A DNA stretch of 64,000 nt, taken from the IMG/VR virus record IMGVR_UViG_3300015615_000196, positions 96,001 to 160,000 of that record. The stretch is one strand, 5' to 3'. Shown piece after piece: positions 1-6,289 of this stretch (its first letter is position 1; each line of letters starts with the position of its first letter). Made by a program: the position numbers and the translations under genes. Under the pieces are notes generated by a model that had not been told where the DNA came from, ran no database searches, and worked only from the letters and a program-made list of their open reading frames with translations. The DNA comes from a virus (lineage: Duplodnaviria > Caudoviricetes).

Positions 1-24
1 GATCACGCAACCTTTTCTCAGGGG

Positions 25-282
25 TTAATCGATTAAGATTAACTGTCTTTTCCGAAGCCTCGGCAAATCCATACGAAACCTATGTTCGTTGGCCTTGATC
101 TTGGCATCAGCTAATGTCATCGCCTTCACATAAAAATTCAGAACATCACTCTCCTTAGAGGTTAGTTCAACCATCCAATAATGGATGGGTTCTCGGTACA
201 CGACATGAGAGGGCTGAGGCAGTCTGACATCCAGACTCGGAATTACCCACCTCTTGTCGTCTTCTCTACTTGCGTAGTTCAT
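25..282 (-). CDS. hypothetical protein
   Basis: 85-aa ORF with upstream GGAG and a TAATTTCG -7-like element near 340; no recognisable motif. Confidence 0.55.
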   Translation of the reverse strand: MNYASREDDKRWVIPSLDVRLPQPSHVVYREPIHYWMVELTSKESDVLNFYVKAMTLADAKIKANEHRFRMDLPRLRKRQLILID

Positions 283-388
283 ACTCCATAATTGCTACCA
301 AGACAAGCAATTAGGAGGTGTTTTGATTTTTAATCATACACGAAATTAAGAATAAAATTATTCAAACCAAAATGTCAAAGAACTATCG

Positions 389-462
389 TCATCCGTAGGG
401 GAATCGAACCCCTATTTACGCAGTGAAAGTGCGTTGTCCTTATTCCGTTAGACGAACGGACG
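389..462 (-). tRNA. tRNA-Glu(TTC)
   Basis: Cloverleaf on minus strand: acceptor CGTCCGT/ACGGATG, anticodon arm ACGCA-CTTTCAC-TGCGT, T-arm AGGGG-TTCGATT-CCCCT. Confidence 0.93.
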
Positions 463-472
463 ATAATTTCTG

Positions 473-545
473 TAGCACGTAGGGGAATCGAACCCCTGTT
501 CCCACATTGAAAGTGTGGTGTCCTTGACCGTTAGACGAACGTGCC
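473..545 (-). tRNA. tRNA-Glu(TTC)
   Basis: Acceptor GGCACGT/ACGTGCT, anticodon arm CCACA-CTTTCAA-TGTGG, canonical T-arm. Confidence 0.95.
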
Positions 546-558
546 ATATATTTTAAAG

Positions 559-644
559 TACCTATGGTGGGACTCGAACCCACACGCCCATTACTGAGCA
601 CCAGATTTTAAGTCTGGCGTGTCTACCAATTCCACCACAAAGGC
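559..644 (-). tRNA. tRNA-Leu(TAA)
   Basis: D-arm GTGGAATTGGTAGACAC, anticodon arm CCAGA-CTTAAAA-TCTGG, long variable arm, T-loop TTCGAGT. Confidence 0.95.
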
Positions 645-677
645 ATGTTGCCTGTTGTGATGTCACATAATCGACAC

Positions 678-863
678 TTATTTTTTGTTGCTTCTGTCAT
701 ACTGTTCCAATTTATGTTTTGCTTCATTGATCAATGTTGTTTGATGCGCAACGTTTATTTCTTTTTGATTTGAACTTTTCTTCGTCAATGCATCCGTCAA
801 TTCTTGTTCGAGAGTTGCAACTCTCTCGACTAACTTCTCTCTTTTTTTATCAATTTTTCCCAT
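678..863 (-). CDS. small coiled-coil hypothetical protein within tRNA operon
   Basis: 61-aa ATG ORF co-oriented with the tRNAs, fills inter-tRNA gap. Confidence 0.6.
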   Translation of the reverse strand: MGKIDKKREKLVERVATLEQELTDALTKKSSNQKEINVAHQTTLINEAKHKLEQYDRSNKK

Positions 864-864
864 T

Positions 865-1020
865 TAATTTTTCTTTTATATCAGCTATCATTTCTTCGAC
901 ATCGAAATCCTCAATCAAGTCCATTTGATCGTAGCCTTCTTTTGAGGTGTACACCACAAAGTCTCCGGCTTTAATCAAACAACCTTCTTCGGTCACTATG
1001 TCTCCGAACAGTTTACTCAT
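865..1020 (-). CDS. small acidic hypothetical protein (51 aa, MSKLFGDIVTEEG...)
   Basis: Read manually: ATG at 1020 directly after tRNA-Ala, TAA at 865-867 abutting next ORF. Confidence 0.5.
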
Positions 1021-1021
1021 G

Positions 1022-1093
1022 TGGAGGTATAGGGAATCGAACCCTAATTTCCTGATTGCAAGTCAGGCGTAATCGCCCTTATACGATACCCCC
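1022..1093 (-). tRNA. tRNA-Ala(TGC)
   Basis: Acceptor GGGGGTA/TACCTCC with G3:U70 alanine identity pair, anticodon arm CCTGA-CTTGCAA-TCAGG. Confidence 0.95.
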
Positions 1094-1423
1094 ATACTTC
1101 TTTCTTCTAATCGAGTCATCCAACTCTTTCAAGAAAGATTCTGGTAATTCTATCTTCCTCTGCTCGAACTCATTCAAAATTTCTTGCTTTGAAAAAAGTC
1201 CTTCGCCAATTCCACTACTCCATTCTTTCACCCACAAACCCCAACCTTTTTTTGAAGTGATTACTCCCTTCACAATGTTTGGGTGTCTTGTCTTCATCGT
1301 CTCTCTGAATTTGAAAACTCCGTTTTCGTAATCATTGAAACAACTCTTCCCATCTACTCCGTTCACATCCAATTCCACATTCACACTCGAACCACAGAAT
1401 GTAATTATTCCTGTTCGATACAT
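1079..1423 (-). CDS. hypothetical protein
   Basis: 114-aa ORF co-oriented with the operon; stop codon lies inside the 5' end of tRNA-Ala. Confidence 0.6.
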   Translation of the reverse strand: MYRTGIITFCGSSVNVELDVNGVDGKSCFNDYENGVFKFRETMKTRHPNIVKGVITSKKGWGLWVKEWSSGIGEGLFSKQEILNEFEQRKIELPESFLKELDDSIRRKKYGGIV

Positions 1424-1520
1424 TCTCAGAAACAGTTCAAACTTTTTGTTGAACTTTTCGGAGAACGGTCTTTTGCGTCCATGCGGTAATTAGTCTTCAT
1501 AACTTAACCCTCATTTTATG

Positions 1521-1602
1521 TAGCCCAAGTAGGAGTCGAACCTACACGCCTTTCGGCACTCGCTTTTGAGACGAGCACGTCTACCAATTCCATCATTGGG
1601 CC
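1521..1602 (-). tRNA. tRNA-Leu(CAA)
   Basis: Acceptor GGCCCAA/TTGGGCT, anticodon arm CTCGT-CTCAAAA-GCGAG, variable arm GCC-GAAA-GGC. Confidence 0.95.
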
Positions 1603-1607
1603 ATATG

Positions 1608-1679
1608 CGGTCTATGCGAGAATCGAACTCGCAGCACCACCGTGACAGGGTGGGATGTTAGCCATTACACCAATAGACC
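1608..1679 (-). tRNA. tRNA-Asp(GTC)
   Basis: Acceptor GGTCTAT/ATAGACC, discriminator G, anticodon arm CCACC-CTGTCAC-GGTGG. Confidence 0.95.
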
Positions 1680-1739
1680 GTAGTAGTATCACTTATATAG
1701 ACGCTTCTCTTTTGAAGAACGATACTGTGCGCCATTGTG

Positions 1740-1811
1740 CAGTCCCTACGGGAATCGAACCCGCTTCTCCGGGGTGACAACCCGGCATACATACCAACGT
1801 ACCCAAGGACT
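1740..1811 (-). tRNA. tRNA-Asp(GTC), atypical D-arm (G8, G14)
   Basis: Acceptor AGTCCTT/AGGGACT, discriminator G, anticodon arm CCGGG-TTGTCAC-CCCGG, T-arm GCGGG-TTCGATT-CCCGT. Confidence 0.85.
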
Positions 1812-1826
1812 ATATTGTATTCGTTT

Positions 1827-1984
1827 TACCCCCGGCAGGACTCGAACCTGCAATCCCTTACATTTCTTCTTGCTGTGTATTGGGATGTCCGGTTACGGTT
1901 CGTGAGCAAGAGCATTGGGGCAGTCAACCTTTCAGCAATCCTATTGAACTTGGCCAGATGTGTATACCAATTCCACCACAGGGC
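1827..1984 (-). ncRNA. 158-nt tRNA-Leu-like RNA with expanded anticodon and variable domains
   Basis: Leu-type D-arm GTGGAATTGGTATACAC and T-arm GCAGG-TTCGAGT-CCTGC flank about 110 nt with no canonical 7-nt anticodon loop. Confidence 0.7.
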
Positions 1985-1992
1985 GAATACAA

Positions 1993-2061
1993 ATTGAAAC
2001 TGTTGATGACGGTCAACACTAAGCCCCTCAATGCCTCTATGAGGACTGAGCACATTTCAAT
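1993..2061 (-). ncRNA. putative small three-way-junction RNA
   Basis: Closing helix ATTGAAAT/GTTTCAAT enclosing hairpins AGTCCTCA/TGAGGGGCT and TGTTGA/TCAACA; strand assumed from operon. Confidence 0.35.
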
Positions 2062-2067
2062 GTCATT

Positions 2068-2154
2068 GTAACAGCACCGGATGCATTAGACCACTATACG
2101 ACCTACCCCGAAGGGCAGGGTGGGATTCGAACCCACGTCCTCCGGTGCTACTAC
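2068..2154 (-). ncRNA. circularly permuted tRNA-like RNA (YrlA/bacterial Y RNA-like)
   Basis: 5'->3' order: 14-bp terminal stem strand, T-arm GTGGG-TTCGAAT-CCCAC, acceptor-like stem CCTGCCC-TTCG-GGGTAGG closed by a loop, D-arm GTAT-AGTGGTCTA-ATGC, terminal stem partner. Confidence 0.8.
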
Positions 2155-2172
2155 TTCAATATTTCAAAGAAC

Positions 2173-2451
2173 TTACTTGCCTTCTGCAAGCAGTTGGTCA
2201 ATGTAACCCATCGGACTTGTACCCGGAGGTAGCATTACGATGTTCTTGAACCCATTCTCTTTGGTGATGATTGATTCACTTTCATGAATCGCTCCTTTAT
2301 GTTTCTCACCGTAAGTTCCGGTCATGAGTTTCTTCGAAGCAGGATCAACATCACCCCATTCTGCATGGTGCGAAGAACTATTGTCGATAGGTTCAACGCA
2401 GAAGGTTCTACCTTCTTTTGTCGTCACATAAAATCTTCCAGTTTTACTCAT
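2173..2451 (-). CDS. hypothetical protein, first gene after the minus-strand attenuator
   Basis: 92-aa ATG ORF with natural composition. Confidence 0.75.
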   Translation of the reverse strand: MSKTGRFYVTTKEGRTFCVEPIDNSSSHHAEWGDVDPASKKLMTGTYGEKHKGAIHESESIITKENGFKNIVMLPPGTSPMGYIDQLLAEGK

Positions 2452-2476
2452 AACTCACTCATTTAAAAAACCTTAT

Positions 2477-2509
2477 AAAACAAAAAACCCGACTTTGTGG
2501 GTCGGGTCT
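2477..2509 (-). terminator. intrinsic terminator (attenuator) of the Leu/Ala/Glu/Asp tRNA operon
   Basis: AGACCCGAC-CCACAAA-GTCGGGTTT followed by TTTGTTTT on minus strand. Confidence 0.88.
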
Positions 2510-2526
2510 TTCGAGTTTGATATTCT

Positions 2527-2646
2527 TTAGTATCCAATATCTTCATCTTCCTCTTTAGACCCAACAATAGCGTCATCCTCCACCATAGCCAACGCTACGA
2601 CAGATTCCATCGCTAAAGTTTCTAAAGATAATATTGAAGTTTTCAT
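2527..2646 (-). CDS. putative attenuator leader peptide MKTSILSLETLAMESVVALAMVEDDAIVGSKEEDEDIGY (39 aa)
   Basis: Translated manually; lies between promoter and terminator; 18/39 residues are L/A/E/D, all four Leu codons are TTA/TTG; GTTGGGTCT (2557-2565) is complementary to the terminator 5' arm. Confidence 0.78.
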   Translation of the reverse strand: MKTSILSLETLAMESVVALAMVEDDAIVGSKEEDEDIGY

Positions 2647-2679
2647 TTTCTGCTTTTTTTGAGTTTAATGTCTCTGACT

Positions 2680-2723
2680 CATAAATACGATACAAAGGTA
2701 TAAAAGGTTGCGTTCCCTCCAAA
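2680..2723 (-). promoter_or_regulatory. composite promoter of minus tRNA operon
   Basis: TTTG-N19-TACCTTTG (Bacteroidota primary sigma consensus) overlapping GCAAC-N17-CGTAT and GTATTTAT. Confidence 0.7.
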
Positions 2724-2741
2724 CTTTTTTTCAAATATTTT

Positions 2742-3353
2742 TTAGAAACAGACTTCAAGTTTTTTCAATTCGGTCACAAGATTATTGTAATCGGACTCCA
2801 CGTAACAGTATTCATTGGAGATTTGCTGCATATATTCCTTGCTTGCTCGTGAGTCACTAAGCACAAAAATCCCACAAATTGCTACCCCAAACAACTTTAT
2901 TTGTCGTGCAGCTTCCAGTGTGTCTTCTTCACGATCCGGGTCACCATCGGAGACCAAGACAATTATTCTATGTGCATCAATTCTCCCTCTCCCCAACAAT
3001 TCTTCACCTGCAACTACTACTGCGTCCGTCATATTTGTAGTACCACTTGCACCACCTTTTAAAGATGAAAGTGCCATGTAAACAGTATCTCTATCAGAAG
3101 TTAATCCGGTCATCAAATATGCTTTGTCACTAAAACGAACAACGCCCAATCGTACTCCGTTGTCGTCCAGATCGAATCGATCAACAAAAGTTTTTAGGGC
3201 GTTGTAAATAAATGACTCACTACCGTGAACACTTGTTGACATATCGGCAACAAGCATGATGTCTGCTTTCAAGCATCCACTTGGTTTTCTCGGTGTATCT
3301 GCTGTTTGAAATGACAGAAACACCAGAAACAATATGGATATGAATTTATCCAT
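2742..3353 (-). CDS. vWA-domain protein with N-terminal signal-like segment
   Basis: MIDAS DMSTS, GVVRFS, GTTNMTDAV, IVLVSDG motifs. Confidence 0.85.
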   Translation of the reverse strand: MDKFISILFLVFLSFQTADTPRKPSGCLKADIMLVADMSTSVHGSESFIYNALKTFVDRFDLDDNGVRLGVVRFSDKAYLMTGLTSDRDTVYMALSSLKGGASGTTNMTDAVVVAGEELLGRGRIDAHRIIVLVSDGDPDREEDTLEAARQIKLFGVAICGIFVLSDSRASKEYMQQISNEYCYVESDYNNLVTELKKLEVCF

Positions 3354-3765
3354 CTGCCTTCATTCTCTCGACATGCTTTAAGTAATTCTCAATATAACTT
3401 TCCATGTTCAATTTACCAACAGGGTTCATTGAATGAACGTACCACTGAGGAAAATCTTTCTTGTGATCAATGCAATAATCTACCAACCACTTCACACAGT
3501 CCATACCAGTTTTTTCAGAAATGGTTTCCAAATATTTCATGTAGACCTTACCGTCTTGGTACATTGATTCGTGATAATGTGCCTCTGCAAGATCGTGGTC
3601 AAAAGAAACAACTTCCGGCAAACCGTTCTCCATAACCATCTGAACAAAGTGGTTATAATTGCGCATAGTCTGCCATTCAAGATTCAAATAAATCTCGTTA
3701 CGTGTGTACGCATAGGCTTGTTCTGGATGACGAATGTCGTCCAAAAATAAATTGTACTTTGGCAT
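3346..3765 (-). CDS. cyclic-phosphate-processing receiver-like domain protein
   Basis: LFLDDIR, VSFDHDL, TGMDCVKWL, VHSMNPVG motifs typical of this family. Confidence 0.8.
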   Translation of the reverse strand: MPKYNLFLDDIRHPEQAYAYTRNEIYLNLEWQTMRNYNHFVQMVMENGLPEVVSFDHDLAEAHYHESMYQDGKVYMKYLETISEKTGMDCVKWLVDYCIDHKKDFPQWYVHSMNPVGKLNMESYIENYLKHVERMKADG

Positions 3766-3771
3766 AATGCC

Positions 3772-4272
3772 TTAAAGATACGGACTAATAATGGATTTTA
3801 CAAGTTGATTTCGGAGTTCCGGTGTAAGCCAAGTAAGGCTTATTTCACTACCATCATCATCGAAAAGTGCAAGGTCAAGCATACGACCCAAATTCTTGTA
3901 GTCAATTGATGCTTCTGGATGTTCTGCTGGTTGCCAGTGTGTAGCTGATCTGTATGATCCTCTCCAATCAACATCGACATCACCATTGATAAACATTGTC
4001 AATGGTACGTCTACTCCTTTGTAGTTGTAAACAAAATCAAAATCATAGTCAACATGGAATCTGTCGTCATCGGTATCACGTAGGTCTTCCATTGATCCGT
4101 GTTGGTCACGAATCGTCCAACTTTTTACATTCTTTTTGTTGTTAATCAAGTCATTCACTAAATTGACTTGAAAGTCTTTCGACTTGAGTACCTCGTCTTT
4201 TGACGGGTTTTCGGAACCGTCTACAATCTCTGCTAAACTCGCTGAACGCTTGCTGTATAGTTCGTTGACCAT
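3772..4272 (-). CDS. hypothetical protein (late-promoter motif upstream)
   Basis: 166-aa ORF; GTATTTATA on coding strand at 4290-4298. Confidence 0.75.
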   Translation of the reverse strand: MVNELYSKRSASLAEIVDGSENPSKDEVLKSKDFQVNLVNDLINNKKNVKSWTIRDQHGSMEDLRDTDDDRFHVDYDFDFVYNYKGVDVPLTMFINGDVDVDWRGSYRSATHWQPAEHPEASIDYKNLGRMLDLALFDDDGSEISLTWLTPELRNQLVKSIISPYL

Positions 4273-4334
4273 TATGAAAGTGATTTCTTTATAAATACGA
4301 AGTTTTTCTCGTATTTATGGTTAAAGCTGCCGTT

Positions 4335-5126
4335 ATGCAAAAAAGAACTTTACAGGATATGTTCGAGAAGGTCAATGGTATCAAATTAACCGAAGGTTGG
4401 TTTGGTCAGGGTAATAAAACCCCGGCTCCAATGCAAGGCACTCAACTCAAAACAGCACCTGTTTTCAATTACCAACAGAAATATCAGGAGGTAATGAAAG
4501 GTTTGAACAAGATGGCAAAGCAATACATCCGTTATTTCGTTGCCGATGTAACTGGTGACAATCACGTCTGGTCAAACGATTTTGATTCGTGGATCGCCAT
4601 TGCAGTAAAGAAGGTTCTTGCAAATCCTGCTCAGTTTGCCCAAATTCTACACAAATACCCTCAAGTGGAAGATGCAGTAAAGATGGTTACCGCAGCCGAT
4701 CAAGTTAATCCCCCTGCCGTTGCCGAAAACGTAGAAGGTACTCCTGCTACTAAAGAACATGCATTGGGTTATCTCTCCGACCTTTACAAAGATGTCTACG
4801 GTACAAGACCAAACTTGAGCAGATATAGAAGTATGTCCGATGCTGAGGTATGGCAAGAAATTCAGAACCTTGAGAAACAAGCTGGTGAAGAAGCAGATCA
4901 GGAAGCAGTGTACGATCAACAAAATCTTGCTAAGTTTGAAGCACTGATTCAGAAGACTATTGAACACGGTGCTGGTGATAGAGAAACAGCATTACGTTGG
5001 TTGTACGATTCAGATGATGACCAGTATGATGCATCATACTTCTTGTATAAGCACCACGTCAACACTCATTCACCGGAGGGCAGAAAACTCCAACAGGAAT
5101 TGGATAACGCCATCCTGAAAAAATAA
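4335..5126 (+). CDS. hypothetical protein, possible internal head protein
   Basis: Long ORF (alternative start 4317); GTATTTAT at 4311; N-terminal FEKVNGIKLTE and C-terminal SDLYKDVYGTRP...GAGDRETALRWL segments. Confidence 0.75.
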   Translation: MQKRTLQDMFEKVNGIKLTEGWFGQGNKTPAPMQGTQLKTAPVFNYQQKYQEVMKGLNKMAKQYIRYFVADVTGDNHVWSNDFDSWIAIAVKKVLANPAQFAQILHKYPQVEDAVKMVTAADQVNPPAVAENVEGTPATKEHALGYLSDLYKDVYGTRPNLSRYRSMSDAEVWQEIQNLEKQAGEEADQEAVYDQQNLAKFEALIQKTIEHGAGDRETALRWLYDSDDDQYDASYFLYKHHVNTHSPEGRKLQQELDNAILKK

Positions 5127-5138
5127 TTGAAATTTTCG

Positions 5139-5180
5139 TAACCTTTATTTGGAGATTACGTATTTAAGGATATATCTTTG
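5139..5180 (+). promoter_or_regulatory. composite promoter of plus tRNA operon
   Basis: TTTG(5148)-N21-TATCTTTG(5173-5180) overlapping GTAAC-N16-CGTATTTA. Confidence 0.72.
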
Positions 5181-5213
5181 TGACACAAAAGCAGAGAGAA
5201 AAGTAAAAAGACA

Positions 5214-5297
5214 ATGAAAAAGATCGTAAACGTAGTTCCGCAACCCCAACATCAGCCACAAAACCTGTTGCTTGGGGATACTATGATCGTATCTTAA
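5214..5297 (+). CDS. putative attenuator leader peptide MKKIVNVVPQPQHQPQNLLLGDTMIVS (27 aa)
   Basis: Translated manually; run CCG CAA CCC CAA CAT CAG CCA CAA matches downstream Pro/Gln/His tRNAs; alternative 1:2, 2:3 and 3:4 pairings present. Confidence 0.88.
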   Translation: MKKIVNVVPQPQHQPQNLLLGDTMIVS

Positions 5298-5317
5298 CTG
5301 TCGAAAAAGACATTTAG

Positions 5318-5355
5318 AAAACCCCCAAGCGTAAAGTTTGGGGGTTTTTTGTTTT
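5318..5355 (+). terminator. intrinsic terminator (attenuator) of the Pro/His/Gln tRNA operon
   Basis: AAAACCCCCAAGC-GTAAA-GTTTGGGGGTTTT followed by TTGTTTT, 4 nt before first tRNA. Confidence 0.92.
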
Positions 5356-5359
5356 CTAT

Positions 5360-5434
5360 CGGGATGCGATCCATTAGGTGTGGTTACGTGTTTTGGAAAC
5401 ATGGTTATTGCTGGTTCGAGTCCAGTCATCCCGA
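5360..5434 (+). tRNA. tRNA-Pro(TGG), atypical D-arm, A37
   Basis: Acceptor CGGGATG/CATCCCG-A, anticodon arm CGTGT-TTTGGAA-ACATG, T-arm GCTGG-TTCGAGT-CCAGT. Confidence 0.85.
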
Positions 5435-5495
5435 CCCGATGTAGACCGTTCGCACTGCAAAGACTGGTTCGCCAGATGCGTAGAAGTGCAAGTAT

Positions 5496-5569
5496 CGAGA
5501 GTGTGGTGTAATTGGATAAACACACTACAATCGGAATGTAGAGTTACGGTTCGAGTCCGGCACTCTCGA
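5496..5569 (+). tRNA. tRNA-Pro(CGG), apparent 8-bp acceptor and short T-stem
   Basis: CGAGAGTG/CACTCTCG-A, D-stem GTGT/ACAC, anticodon arm CTACA-ATCGGAA-TGTAG. Confidence 0.8.
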
Positions 5570-5618
5570 CAATTTTTCTTTAAAAGTATTTATTGGAAAC
5601 ATTAAACAAGTTTCCGAT

Positions 5619-5966
5619 ATGACAAGAGAAGAAAAACAGGTATACGATAGACGATGGTATGCTGAAAACAAAGACAGGTTAAAAGCCGAAAAAAACAAAA
5701 GAGGACGTGAAACACGGAGAAGAAACAGTAATTATATTACTGAATATTTGAAAAAACATCCTTGTGTTGATTGTGGTGAAAATGATCCAATCGTATTAGA
5801 ATTCGATCACATCGCAAAGAAAACAAAGAGTATTTCAGATATGATTCGTGGTGCATTTTCTCTTGAGACGATTAAAAATGAAATCAAAAAATGCGAAGTT
5901 AGATGTGCTAATTGTCATCGAAAGAAAACAGCAAAGCAATTTAACTGGCATCGTAACAGAGTGTAG
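5619..5966 (+). CDS. HNH endonuclease
   Basis: CVDCGE..IVLEFDH..CEVRCANCHRKKT zinc-finger HNH signature. Confidence 0.88.
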   Translation: MTREEKQVYDRRWYAENKDRLKAEKNKRGRETRRRNSNYITEYLKKHPCVDCGENDPIVLEFDHIAKKTKSISDMIRGAFSLETIKNEIKKCEVRCANCHRKKTAKQFNWHRNRV

Positions 5967-6029
5967 TTCAGTTGGTAGAACGCTACATTTGGGATGTAGA
6001 GGCCGAGAGTTCGAGTCCCTCCACTCTGA
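5957..6029 (+). tRNA. tRNA-Pro(TGG)
   Basis: Acceptor CAGAGTG/CACTCTG-A, anticodon arm CTACA-TTTGGGA-TGTAG. Confidence 0.95.
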
Positions 6030-6031
6030 CT

Positions 6032-6289
6032 ATGAAGTTCTTTGATGTAGTAGAAATTGGTGATAGTGTAATGGATGGAAAAGTTGTTGAGACAATAACG
6101 AACAAAACATCCAACTCTATCGAAGTTACCAGAACGGCTCGTTCGAAAAATGGTGTGGATTGTAAACAGTGGTTTACGATGAAAGATTTTGAAGATTCTT
6201 TTAAACCTTTAAATCAAACACACTATGAACAAGAAAGAGTTAAAATGGAAAACGGAAATCTTGGAAAGAATTCCGAAGATGACCAATGA
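6032..6289 (+). CDS. hypothetical protein
   Basis: ATG directly after tRNA-Pro, 85 aa. Confidence 0.55.
   Translation: MKFFDVVEIGDSVMDGKVVETITNKTSNSIEVTRTARSKNGVDCKQWFTMKDFEDSFKPLNQTHYEQERVKMENGNLGKNSEDDQ

Noticed and set aside
1827-1984. tmRNA or group I intron-containing tRNA-Leu
   Set aside because: Too short, has a full Leu-type D-arm, and I found no tag ORF or group I core elements.
2573-2758. 61-aa ORF from the ORF track
   Set aside because: Runs across the promoter and overlaps the 2527-2646 leader in another frame; the leader has the better start context.
2742-3353. vWA protein as the Ro60 partner of the Y-like RNA
   Set aside because: No TROVE domain and an N-terminal signal-like segment; only the vWA fold is shared.
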